A stretch of 64,000 nt of DNA, from IMG/VR virus record IMGVR_UViG_3300009688_000445. One strand, 5' to 3'. Position numbers and translations under genes: made by a program. Shown in pieces: positions 32,134-40,757 of this stretch (the first letter of the stretch is position 1; each line of letters opens with the position of its first letter). Below the pieces are notes generated by a model. It had not been told where the DNA came from. It did not search any database and saw only the letters and a program-made list of their open reading frames with translations. The DNA comes from an uncultured virus (IMG/VR IMGVR_UViG_3300009688_000445). Lineage: Duplodnaviria > Heunggongvirae > Uroviricota > Caudoviricetes.

Positions 32134-32772
32134 ATGAATATTCTTAATCTAACACAACAAAACTCTGAAAGAATCTTTATCGTTGGTGCTTTGGAAGGTG
32201 ATTATAAAGCACTAATTAATATTCTGTATGAACAGAATTTTAATTATAAAGATATCTTAATACTAACAGGTAATTTTATAGATAACGAGAACTATAAGAA
32301 TTTGCTAGATATTATTTATTTTTTGAAAGATAATAAAAACTGTTATTCAGTAAAGGGAAAGAAAGAAATAGATTTTCTTGAAGATTATAATGAAGATAAA
32401 TTACCTGATTTCTTAAAAGAACTTTGTACTTTAGAAGTAATATCTTATTTAGATAAATTACCCTTATGTATTCAAATTAATGATTATATAGTTGTAAGTA
32501 AGGGTTTAGAGCCTAATATTTCGTTATCACAGCAACAAGAAGAAGCATTATATTTTATACCACATTACGATAAAGAATCTAAATTTTATCAATTTGATAA
32601 TCCAGAAAAGAAATCATGGTTTGATTTTGAATTTCAAGAAGGAAAGATTTGTTTCAGCGATATAGAATTAGAAGAAATTATAGTAACAGCAGGATATAAT
32701 CTTAAGAATAGTGAAGCAATTTTATCTGCTGTAATCATATTAGATAATGATCAGCCAATAATTATTAATTAG
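32134..32772 (+). CDS. Degenerate Ser/Thr-phosphatase-like metallophosphoesterase
   Basis: Fold pattern IFIVGALEG / LTGNFID / VKGKKE / LPL..VVSKG, with metal ligands substituted. Confidence 0.6.
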   Translation: MNILNLTQQNSERIFIVGALEGDYKALINILYEQNFNYKDILILTGNFIDNENYKNLLDIIYFLKDNKNCYSVKGKKEIDFLEDYNEDKLPDFLKELCTLEVISYLDKLPLCIQINDYIVVSKGLEPNISLSQQQEEALYFIPHYDKESKFYQFDNPEKKSWFDFEFQEGKICFSDIELEEIIVTAGYNLKNSEAILSAVIILDNDQPIIIN

Positions 32773-32781
32773 GAGAATAGA

Positions 32782-33078
32782 ATGAAAATAAATAAGGATA
32801 TTGAAGATTTTTATAATAGATTAGCAGCGCAAGATGCATTACATTTATATCATGATGAACAACCCTTTGATATTGAATATGAAGGATATATTTCTGCAGA
32901 AGTAAATCTTTATTTCGTATTGGATAATCAAAGATTTATTGCAATATGTAATCCTTATGCTAATACAGTAAAATATATTATGACAGATTCTGGAACTACT
33001 GTAGAGGATAAAGATATAATAGAAAAAATAAAAATTGCAGCTTCTCATTTGCTAGAAGCAGGTAGATATTTAAAATAA
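32782..33078 (+). CDS. Hypothetical protein
   Basis: 98 aa, AGGAG RBS. Confidence 0.65.
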   Translation: MKINKDIEDFYNRLAAQDALHLYHDEQPFDIEYEGYISAEVNLYFVLDNQRFIAICNPYANTVKYIMTDSGTTVEDKDIIEKIKIAASHLLEAGRYLK

Positions 33079-33091
33079 CAGGAGAATTACG

Positions 33092-33634
33092 ATGGGAATT
33101 GAACAAGAATATTACGTACCTCTTTACAGGATAGCTATATCAAATATACCTGAAGAATACCGTCTTGAAAAAATGACAGAATGGTTAGCTAAAAACGCTC
33201 TAAAAGTTTCTAATCAAATGGTTAGAAGAACGCTTAAAAAAGCAGGAAGAGAAGATCTTGCAGATTATTTTATACAACAAGAAGACATCGGCATTGGTGA
33301 TAGTGTTAAATCAAGAATGACAGGAAGATTTGGTACTGTAGTAAAAGAACATTGGGATGGAGAAACTGTTTGTGTGCAATGGGAAACAGGTGGAATGCAA
33401 CCTATTTCTAAGGGTGCATTATTTAAAATGCATACAAAGAAAAGAGATGATTATGAGAAAAAAGATTTTGCTATAGCTAAATCAGAAATGGATGAATATG
33501 AATCCATGACAGATAAAAAGAAGGTTATTCAAGAACCTAAAGAAACAGAAGAACCTTTAAAAGAAGGAAAAAAAGCTTCTACTGAAGAATATGAATCTTG
33601 GATAAAAGAAAAATTAGCTAAAACACAAGAATAA
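33092..33634 (+). CDS. Hypothetical protein with SH3/KOW-like domain
   Basis: IGDSVKSRMTGRFGTV..VCVQW. Confidence 0.6.
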   Translation: MGIEQEYYVPLYRIAISNIPEEYRLEKMTEWLAKNALKVSNQMVRRTLKKAGREDLADYFIQQEDIGIGDSVKSRMTGRFGTVVKEHWDGETVCVQWETGGMQPISKGALFKMHTKKRDDYEKKDFAIAKSEMDEYESMTDKKKVIQEPKETEEPLKEGKKASTEEYESWIKEKLAKTQE

Positions 33635-33649
33635 AATATTTAGAATTTC

Positions 33650-34612
33650 GTGAAAAAATATAGTTCTATATTAGATTATCAAAAATCTATTCTTTCGCCA
33701 GAAATTTGGAATTCTGATTTTTCTTTGAAAGAAGAAGTTAAAGAATTTCTTGGTGCATGTTTAAAAAATTTTTTTGATTATCTTAATATTAAAGGTTCAA
33801 ATAAGTGGATATTGGAAGCTATGATTGCTTCTTCTCTTGCCACCTATTTTTACACTGATTATTCTGATTTAGATGTTAAGCTTTTTATTGATATAGATTT
33901 ATTTTTAGAATATAACCCAGATTTTTCTACTTTAAGTGACGAACAACTTCTTAAATGGTTAAAAGAAAAAGGAAGAGAATCTTACTGGTTAACCCAAAAA
34001 GTACCAAATACTGATCATAGAATAGATATTTATTTTTTGTCTGGCAAGCATTTAGAAAGATTAAATACTATTAAATACGATTCTATTTATTTTCTTTCTA
34101 CAGACGATTGGTTGAAATTACCTGAAAAGCCGGATTATTCTAATCCAAGTTTTATTTTAGAAATAGCGAAAAGAAAAGCACAACCATATTTAGATATAAT
34201 AATAGATGATATAGAACAAACAAAACAAGATTGTATAGATTTTTTAGTTCTACAAGACTTTCTAAAATCTTTAGAAGCAGACGATTTATATAATCTTCAA
34301 CAAGAATTTCTAACTCAACTAGACTATGTTCATAGAGATTTAGAACAATTAATTATAGATAAAAATGCTATTAAACAATTAAGGGAAATAGCTTTTGATA
34401 AAAATTATCTAGATACAGAATTAGAAAAGTTAATGGGTTCTTTAAATTATTCAGATGGTAATCTTATTTTTAAGCTTTTACAAAGATACGGATACTTAAG
34501 TATACTTGTAGAAGTTAGTAAATACTTCAAAGAAAAAGATACAGTTCCAAACGAAGTAGAAAAACTATTGATGCTACTTAATCAAGTAAATGAAACAGAA
34601 ATACAGTTATAG
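33650..34612 (+). CDS. Pol-beta-superfamily nucleotidyltransferase-like protein
   Basis: ASSLATYFYTDYSDLDVKLFID (S..DxD) with a third Asp in RIDIY. Confidence 0.65.
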   Translation: MKKYSSILDYQKSILSPEIWNSDFSLKEEVKEFLGACLKNFFDYLNIKGSNKWILEAMIASSLATYFYTDYSDLDVKLFIDIDLFLEYNPDFSTLSDEQLLKWLKEKGRESYWLTQKVPNTDHRIDIYFLSGKHLERLNTIKYDSIYFLSTDDWLKLPEKPDYSNPSFILEIAKRKAQPYLDIIIDDIEQTKQDCIDFLVLQDFLKSLEADDLYNLQQEFLTQLDYVHRDLEQLIIDKNAIKQLREIAFDKNYLDTELEKLMGSLNYSDGNLIFKLLQRYGYLSILVEVSKYFKEKDTVPNEVEKLLMLLNQVNETEIQL

Positions 34613-35348
34613 TAAGATATCTACTTATTTAGAATGTCCTTTTAGATATAAAAAGCAATATATAGAAAAGATAAAAGAAAAACCTAAATGGCAGATATTC
34701 TTTGGTATAACAGCAGCAGATATTTTAGAGAAAGTATATAAAGAAGAAAGTTTTCATAATTCTCTTTTAGAAGATAGTAAATTAAAAGAACTAATAAATT
34801 ATTACTGGATACCTAATCAATACAAGAAAGAATATTCAGAAATAAATCAAGAAAGTTATTTATTTTTAAACTATAAATCAAAGAAAGAAGAAGAAACACA
34901 AAAAGAAAATCTTTTTAAATATCTAAAATTTTACTTTCAGAATAATAAAATAGAAAGAAAATTTGGTATTGAAGTTCCTTTTGAAGTAGAATTTGATGAT
35001 TTTTTATTGACAGGAAAAATAGATAAATTAGAACTTATTAATAATAAAATATATATTATTGATAACAAAGTAACAAGTAATTTTTTAAACGATCTTTTTG
35101 AAAGTATACAGTTAGGAATCTATATATTTGCAATAGAAAATTTAATCAAAAGATTTTCTGTAGAAAAAATAGGATATTATTATATCAAACAAAGTAAAGA
35201 ACAATTAATAGATAGAACAGATTTTAATGATTATAGTGTTCATCAAAAACTACGACAAGCTGTTAGTGGAATACGAGATAACATTTTTCCTGCTTGTTCT
35301 AATCAATTTTGTAATTGGTGTCAATTTAAGAAAGAGTGCGGGTTATGA
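34590..35348 (+). CDS. RecB/Cas4-like PD-(D/E)xK exonuclease
   Basis: SYSKISTYLECP, GKIDKL, IIDNK, QLGIY and a C-terminal CxxC cluster. Confidence 0.85.
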   Translation: MKQKYSYSKISTYLECPFRYKKQYIEKIKEKPKWQIFFGITAADILEKVYKEESFHNSLLEDSKLKELINYYWIPNQYKKEYSEINQESYLFLNYKSKKEEETQKENLFKYLKFYFQNNKIERKFGIEVPFEVEFDDFLLTGKIDKLELINNKIYIIDNKVTSNFLNDLFESIQLGIYIFAIENLIKRFSVEKIGYYYIKQSKEQLIDRTDFNDYSVHQKLRQAVSGIRDNIFPACSNQFCNWCQFKKECGL

Positions 35349-36397
35349 GAAGTAAAATATTACAAGATTTTTATACAGAACTAAAATTTTCAGATATTAT
35401 TTCCGATCTTCTTAAGAAGTATTCAAAATGGTTTACACAAGAAGAATTAACTCTTATTCAACAAGAAGTTCCAAGAAGTTATATTCCTTGGATATTTAAA
35501 CAATATGAGGCTATGATTAAGAGTATTGATAGAATAAAAAATACTAATCCAAATCTTGCAAGAAATTCATATATACAAGCTAAATTTACTTTTCTTGAGG
35601 ATATACCTAATTATCTTCAATATCTTAAAGAATTTGAAAATCATAAACAAGATTTAAGAACTAAAGGATATTCAGCCGATATTAATGATTATTCAATTGA
35701 AAGCTTGAAAAATTTAATTAATTCTGAATATCAATCTAACGTAAAATACACAAAATATGTAGATATAAATGAACTAAAACAAAATATACCAATAGCGTAT
35801 GAAGATGAAAATTGGATCATTTTTACCCCACAAACAGAAGAACAAGCTTGTGAAGTAGGTAAGGGTACAGATTGGTGTACTACTAGAGATAGTTTTAATA
35901 CATATTTTTCTAATGGTCCTATTTACAATCTTATTAATAAGAATGATAATAGAAGATGGCAATACGATAAATTTTCTGGTATGTTTTTTACAGAAGATGA
36001 TAATGATATAGATATTGAGAACTTTTTAATTAAATATGAGAATCAGCTTACGCAAGACTTATTCTTGTTTTTAACACAAACGTCTGGAAATTTATCTTTT
36101 CTATATTCAGATACAGATTCCCCAGAATTTATAGCATCTCAAGATTTTGATCCTGATGCAAATCATCCGAGTGAATTACCTTATTATCTTTATAATAGTT
36201 ATCCGCTTTTTCAAGAGAAAGGAGATACAGCTTATAAGAACTTTGTACTTACTGCATTATCTGTTGCAGATCTTTCTGTAGAGACAATTCAAGAATATTA
36301 TTTACTTTTAAAAAATACACCAGAACAAGAAAGAAAAAAATATCAAACACTAGAACCTCTAGAATTTATTTTATCTTTACTAGACGCATTACCATAA
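35336..36397 (+). CDS. Hypothetical protein with PcfJ-like WC motif
   Basis: PQTEEQACEVGKGTDWCTT. Confidence 0.6.
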   Translation: MRVMRSKILQDFYTELKFSDIISDLLKKYSKWFTQEELTLIQQEVPRSYIPWIFKQYEAMIKSIDRIKNTNPNLARNSYIQAKFTFLEDIPNYLQYLKEFENHKQDLRTKGYSADINDYSIESLKNLINSEYQSNVKYTKYVDINELKQNIPIAYEDENWIIFTPQTEEQACEVGKGTDWCTTRDSFNTYFSNGPIYNLINKNDNRRWQYDKFSGMFFTEDDNDIDIENFLIKYENQLTQDLFLFLTQTSGNLSFLYSDTDSPEFIASQDFDPDANHPSELPYYLYNSYPLFQEKGDTAYKNFVLTALSVADLSVETIQEYYLLLKNTPEQERKKYQTLEPLEFILSLLDALP

Positions 36398-36414
36398 CTT
36401 AACTAGAAATAGAT

Positions 36415-37452
36415 ATGAATAATTTATCTCTAAAAAAGAAAACAGCTATTCTTCCAGAGATTCTTGAAAACATAAATGAAAATATGTTTGAATCTCAAGA
36501 TCCTGAAGAAAAAAAAGAAATATCTGCACCTGCAGAAGAATCTAAACTTCTTCCAATAGATCAACCCTATCATAAACCAGAAGAAACAGGTTTACCACCT
36601 ATACCTACAGATATTCATCTCTGGACATTACCTATTCCAGATGATTACAATATGAAAAATGATCATTCTTATAATGTCTTTAAATATCTCGATTCATTAG
36701 GATACAGAGATGTTATTTGGCATCTAGCTGAATCCCATCCGAAAGTAGATGTTTGCGATGAATTAGAAGGTTTATCTTTTACTACTGATTGGTTACTATT
36801 TGCTTCTCAGCATAATCCTCCTTCACCTATTTTTAGTAGAAGTCACCCAGATTGTAGATGCTATGTAGAATGTCATCCTCCTTTTACTTATCAAGAAATA
36901 CCAGATAATGCTCCTGGTTTACCTATCTATGCAAATCAAGATACTCTAGATGAATATAAACGACAAATATTTTCTAATTTGTTTGTTATTTATGTAGATT
37001 CTCAAACTCTTGCTCCACCGCAGGATACCCTACAGTTACCTATTTACAGTTATTTATATTCTAATAGAACAAAATTTGCTAAAGAATCCAGAAAATGGGT
37101 AGAAGATATTAAACCTATTAAAACACTAAAAACATTTAGATTATTACAACCTTTAGGTATTTATAGACCTATGATAGATAGTTATGAAGGAATACAGATA
37201 AGTATTTCTGATAACATAAGTCAAATATTCTTTCCTTTATTAAACAGAACAGCACAAGTTCCTACTGAGCTAGTAGAAGAACTTTCTTTAAAGCAATCTA
37301 CTGAAGAACCCAAAGTAGATCAATATGTGTATGTAGATGAAGAGAAAACTATAGGTGTTATAACAAGAATATTAAATGATAAGATTTATTGCTACATTCC
37401 AGAATTTGATGATACTTTTGAAGTATCTTCTGTCACTCCTTTAAGTTTTTAA
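36415..37452 (+). CDS. Protein with MuF/head-morphogenesis-like Zn motif
   Basis: W..HPKVDVCDELEG ... SHPDCRCY. Confidence 0.55.
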   Translation: MNNLSLKKKTAILPEILENINENMFESQDPEEKKEISAPAEESKLLPIDQPYHKPEETGLPPIPTDIHLWTLPIPDDYNMKNDHSYNVFKYLDSLGYRDVIWHLAESHPKVDVCDELEGLSFTTDWLLFASQHNPPSPIFSRSHPDCRCYVECHPPFTYQEIPDNAPGLPIYANQDTLDEYKRQIFSNLFVIYVDSQTLAPPQDTLQLPIYSYLYSNRTKFAKESRKWVEDIKPIKTLKTFRLLQPLGIYRPMIDSYEGIQISISDNISQIFFPLLNRTAQVPTELVEELSLKQSTEEPKVDQYVYVDEEKTIGVITRILNDKIYCYIPEFDDTFEVSSVTPLSF

Positions 37453-37509
37453 AAAAATTTAAGAATCTTTTTATTAGTTTATATTATAAGAACTAATAGA
37501 GGTATAATC

Positions 37510-38064
37510 ATGCCTAGAATTCCTATTAGTCAAGAAAAAGATCCTTTCTCTAGTTTTATAGAAGAATTTAAGCAACCAGAAGATGGGCTGGATTATGAAG
37601 ATCTGCAATCCTATGCAGTTAGCTTTGATTCAAAAGATATTCAATTAATAGATCCACATAATCTAGAACAGATTATACTCGAATTAAATAACATACCTAG
37701 AACTTTATTTAGATACAAAATGATTGCTGATACACAAACAAAACTTGTACAGCAATTAGAAGACGAATATAACAAGTGGTATGCAGAAAAATGGATAGAA
37801 ATAGATAATGAAAAAGAACCTAAATATGATAGATCCGGTAATCAAGTAGGAGAGACAAAAGTAGTAAGAACAGAAGGTGCAAAAGAAAAGATTATTATTA
37901 CTACATATAGCGAAGAATATTCTCTTTTTCAGCATAGATTAAGAGAAGAAAAATATAGATTAGCAATTATACGATCAGCAGCTGCATCCATAGATAACTA
38001 TTCTTATAAGCTGCATGCAATACTTGGATACCAAGAAATGCTCATACAGAGAAAGGTGCAATAA
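37510..38064 (+). CDS. Putative recombination mediator (UvsY-like helical protein)
   Basis: 184-aa helical protein near the SSB gene; resemblance only. Confidence 0.45.
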   Translation: MPRIPISQEKDPFSSFIEEFKQPEDGLDYEDLQSYAVSFDSKDIQLIDPHNLEQIILELNNIPRTLFRYKMIADTQTKLVQQLEDEYNKWYAEKWIEIDNEKEPKYDRSGNQVGETKVVRTEGAKEKIIITTYSEEYSLFQHRLREEKYRLAIIRSAAASIDNYSYKLHAILGYQEMLIQRKVQ

Positions 38065-38065
38065 C

Positions 38066-38881
38066 ATGAATGGAAAAAATCTAAGAGAAAAATTTACAGA
38101 AAATAGCTTAGCAAGTAAAGTTTTAAGAGAAGTAGATCCATCTGGAAGTATATATTTCGAAAAAGATAAGAATATACCTTCAATCAAAGCAATTCAACTA
38201 GAAGATAAAGTAATTAAAATTTGTGTAGAGGATAAAGAAAAAACTGTTTCATTTTTGGAAGATATTATTTTAAGTACTTCGGGAACAACTGAAGAGGAAG
38301 CTTTAAAAAAAGTAATTGCACAAGAAGATAGAATATTCAAACACATGCTGCTAAAAGCAAGTGAACAAAATAATGAAGTTATTTCTGATGATTTTACATA
38401 TAAAGGAATTACCAAATCTAATTTAGAAACTGTGCAATACGAAGTAGAAAGACATCGACTTGTTGTAGATAAATTTTTAATGAGCACTTTGGCTAGTAAT
38501 GACATACTAGAAAATAAAGAAAACTTTCCAGCACAGGATTTTGATAAAATAACAGAACAGATATTACTAGATTATTCGTTGATAGGAAGTATTTGGGGTG
38601 TTAATATATTTGATATGGGTTTTGATCTTTTACCTTTAAGAGCTATATTCGCAGTGACAGACGGTAGATATTTAGGTGGTAAAAGAATTAATTCTATTAC
38701 ATCTACTACGTTAGATAATTCTAATGTTAAGGTAACTGTAAACGAAAGTTTATCCATAATTAACCCCAGAGCTGTAGCATGTTTGTTAGATGATTCCTAT
38801 ACAAGTAATCGCTTGCATTTAAAAAAGATTAAAGAAATAGATAAGAAATATAAAGAATTATATCTTAATAAGAAAGCATAA
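38066..38881 (+). CDS. Major capsid protein paralogue
   Basis: Shares EDR, LETxQYEVERxRLxVDKFLM, GSIWGVN, IFAVTxGRYLG and NPRAVA with 5571..6761; likely start is ATG 38066. Confidence 0.85.
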   Translation: MNGKNLREKFTENSLASKVLREVDPSGSIYFEKDKNIPSIKAIQLEDKVIKICVEDKEKTVSFLEDIILSTSGTTEEEALKKVIAQEDRIFKHMLLKASEQNNEVISDDFTYKGITKSNLETVQYEVERHRLVVDKFLMSTLASNDILENKENFPAQDFDKITEQILLDYSLIGSIWGVNIFDMGFDLLPLRAIFAVTDGRYLGGKRINSITSTTLDNSNVKVTVNESLSIINPRAVACLLDDSYTSNRLHLKKIKEIDKKYKELYLNKKA

Positions 38882-38931
38882 CTAGCCATATAATAAGGCC
38901 AGATAGCTAATATAAATTAAGGAGTTTTAAA

Positions 38932-40034
38932 ATGACAGATGTAAATGATAAAATGAGTCGGTATGCCTCACAAATTGATGAATTTGATGGATCTAAAAAA
39001 ACTGATTATAACATCAGGGAAATTAAAATTCAAAAAGAAGTACCTAATCCTATCAGATTAGTAGATACACCTAATGGTGTTGAACGTTATTATGTATCTT
39101 GGATTATCTGCGATGATGATAAGAAAAGACCTTTTATTCTTGAAAACGATTTTGAAGGTAAAAGTATTCTTCTTAAACTTTTAGGTGATAAAGAGAATTT
39201 TTATAAAGGCGGTATTCTAGAATCAGTAAAAGATCCTGTTACTAACAAAGGAAAATATGTATGGGAGGATAAAGATCCAGAGCTTCTACTCAGAGTTGCT
39301 TACAATAATGATCCTACCGGTGATGCAGGATCTTGGAAGCCCAGAGAAGAATATATTTTTAATGCTATTCAAAGAAATCCCGATAAAGATGAGAGTGGTA
39401 CTCTTTATTTTTGGTGTAAAGAAAATAAGCAAACTAAGCTTCTAAAAATGGGAGTTATGGCATATAAAAATCTACAAGATGTTCGTCTTAATGATGGTGA
39501 ATTATCAGAATATGATATCAACTATCTTAAGAAAGGAACAGGTTATGGAACAAAACATAATATTCTAAAAGCCGGTGCAAATGTTCCTAATGTAGTTATC
39601 GGCCCATTAACAGAAGATGAAAAATCTTATACAAGAAATGATCTACAGAAAGAAGCAAAACTAACATCATCTTCTGATATCTTGAAGTATCTAAGAAATA
39701 CAATATCCAGAATAGATACAATCAAAGGTACCAACTGGATTATGCAACTAGAATCTCTAGCAAGACAACAAGAAGGACAAGTTGAAGTGCAACAACCTGC
39801 ACCTCAAGTAGCAGTTCCACCTCAAGCAGCCACACCTTCTAGAGTAGCTTCTAGAGTAGCAGCCCCAGTAGCTAAGGAGATTTGTGGTTATTGTAAAAAA
39901 GAAATTCCAATGAATTCTGTAACTTGCCTGCTTGTAATAATGTTCTTCAAGAACCTTGTGCTAAATGCGGCACACTGTTTTCAGTTTTTGAAACAATATG
40001 TCCGAGCTGTAAAACAGAGTATAAAGTAGGTTAA
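38932..40034 (+). CDS. Single-stranded DNA-binding protein (gp32-like) with C-terminal Zn ribbons; frameshift near 39927
   Basis: OB-like core (..YDINYLKKGTG.GTK.NI), Pro/Ala linker. Restoring one C gives CGYC..CPAC..CAKC..CPSC ending at TAA 40032-40034. Confidence 0.6.
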
Positions 40035-40038
40035 ATAC

Positions 40039-40593
40039 ATGTGCTATTATCTGGGGGCGGATCTTTCTTTGAATTCCAGTGGTCTAGTAATTCTAGATAA
40101 ATCTGCAAACATAGTAAAACAATATCTTTTGACGCCTCCTGATGGTTCTAGAGGCGTTGAAAGATTATTTTTTTTAGAACAATCTTTAATAGAATTTTTA
40201 GATCAGAATCATATATTATATTGTTGTATTGAGAGTCCCGCATTAGGCACAGAACAAGGTAGATTATTTGATTTAGGTGAATGGGCTGGAATTTTTAAAT
40301 TACATCTCTTTAAAAGAAACATAGAATATCTTTTAATAGCACCTAATCAGTTAAAAAAATATGCTTCTGGTCAAGGACAAAGTAGAAAAGATACAATAAT
40401 GTTAGATATCTATAAAAATTACAATATAGAAATTAGACAGAACGATTTAGCAGACGCATATATTCTTGCAAGAATTTGCAGAGATTATCAGATATATAAC
40501 ACACCCAATTCGTCTTTAGAGCTTAAGAAATATCAAGAAGAAGTTTTATTATCTATAAGAAAAAAATATCAAGATATAAATCTTTTAATATGA
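40039..40593 (+). CDS. ruvC: RuvC-like Holliday junction resolvase
   Basis: LGADLSLNSSG, IE, PNQLKKYASG, NDLADAY. Confidence 0.85.
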   Translation: MCYYLGADLSLNSSGLVILDKSANIVKQYLLTPPDGSRGVERLFFLEQSLIEFLDQNHILYCCIESPALGTEQGRLFDLGEWAGIFKLHLFKRNIEYLLIAPNQLKKYASGQGQSRKDTIMLDIYKNYNIEIRQNDLADAYILARICRDYQIYNTPNSSLELKKYQEEVLLSIRKKYQDINLLI

Positions 40594-40757
40594 AAAGATT
40601 CGATTTAACCTTAATTGTGGAAGGAGTAATTATAAGTTACTCCTTTTTTGATAGGGATAAGATGCTTTCTTATCTACAAACTGCCTTGGATACTGGAAAA
40701 GTAGAGACCCATTATATTTCTGAAGCAGAAGTTAGCCCAATAGGACCTAAGAGATAA
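40590..40757 (+). CDS. Small hypothetical protein (55 aa)
   Basis: ATGA overlap with ruvC; stop abuts the polA start. Confidence 0.5.
   Translation: MKRFDLTLIVEGVIISYSFFDRDKMLSYLQTALDTGKVETHYISEAEVSPIGPKR
40621..40649 (+). terminator. Possible intrinsic terminator upstream of polA
   Basis: AAGGAGTAA-7 nt-TTACTCCTT followed by a T run. Confidence 0.4.
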
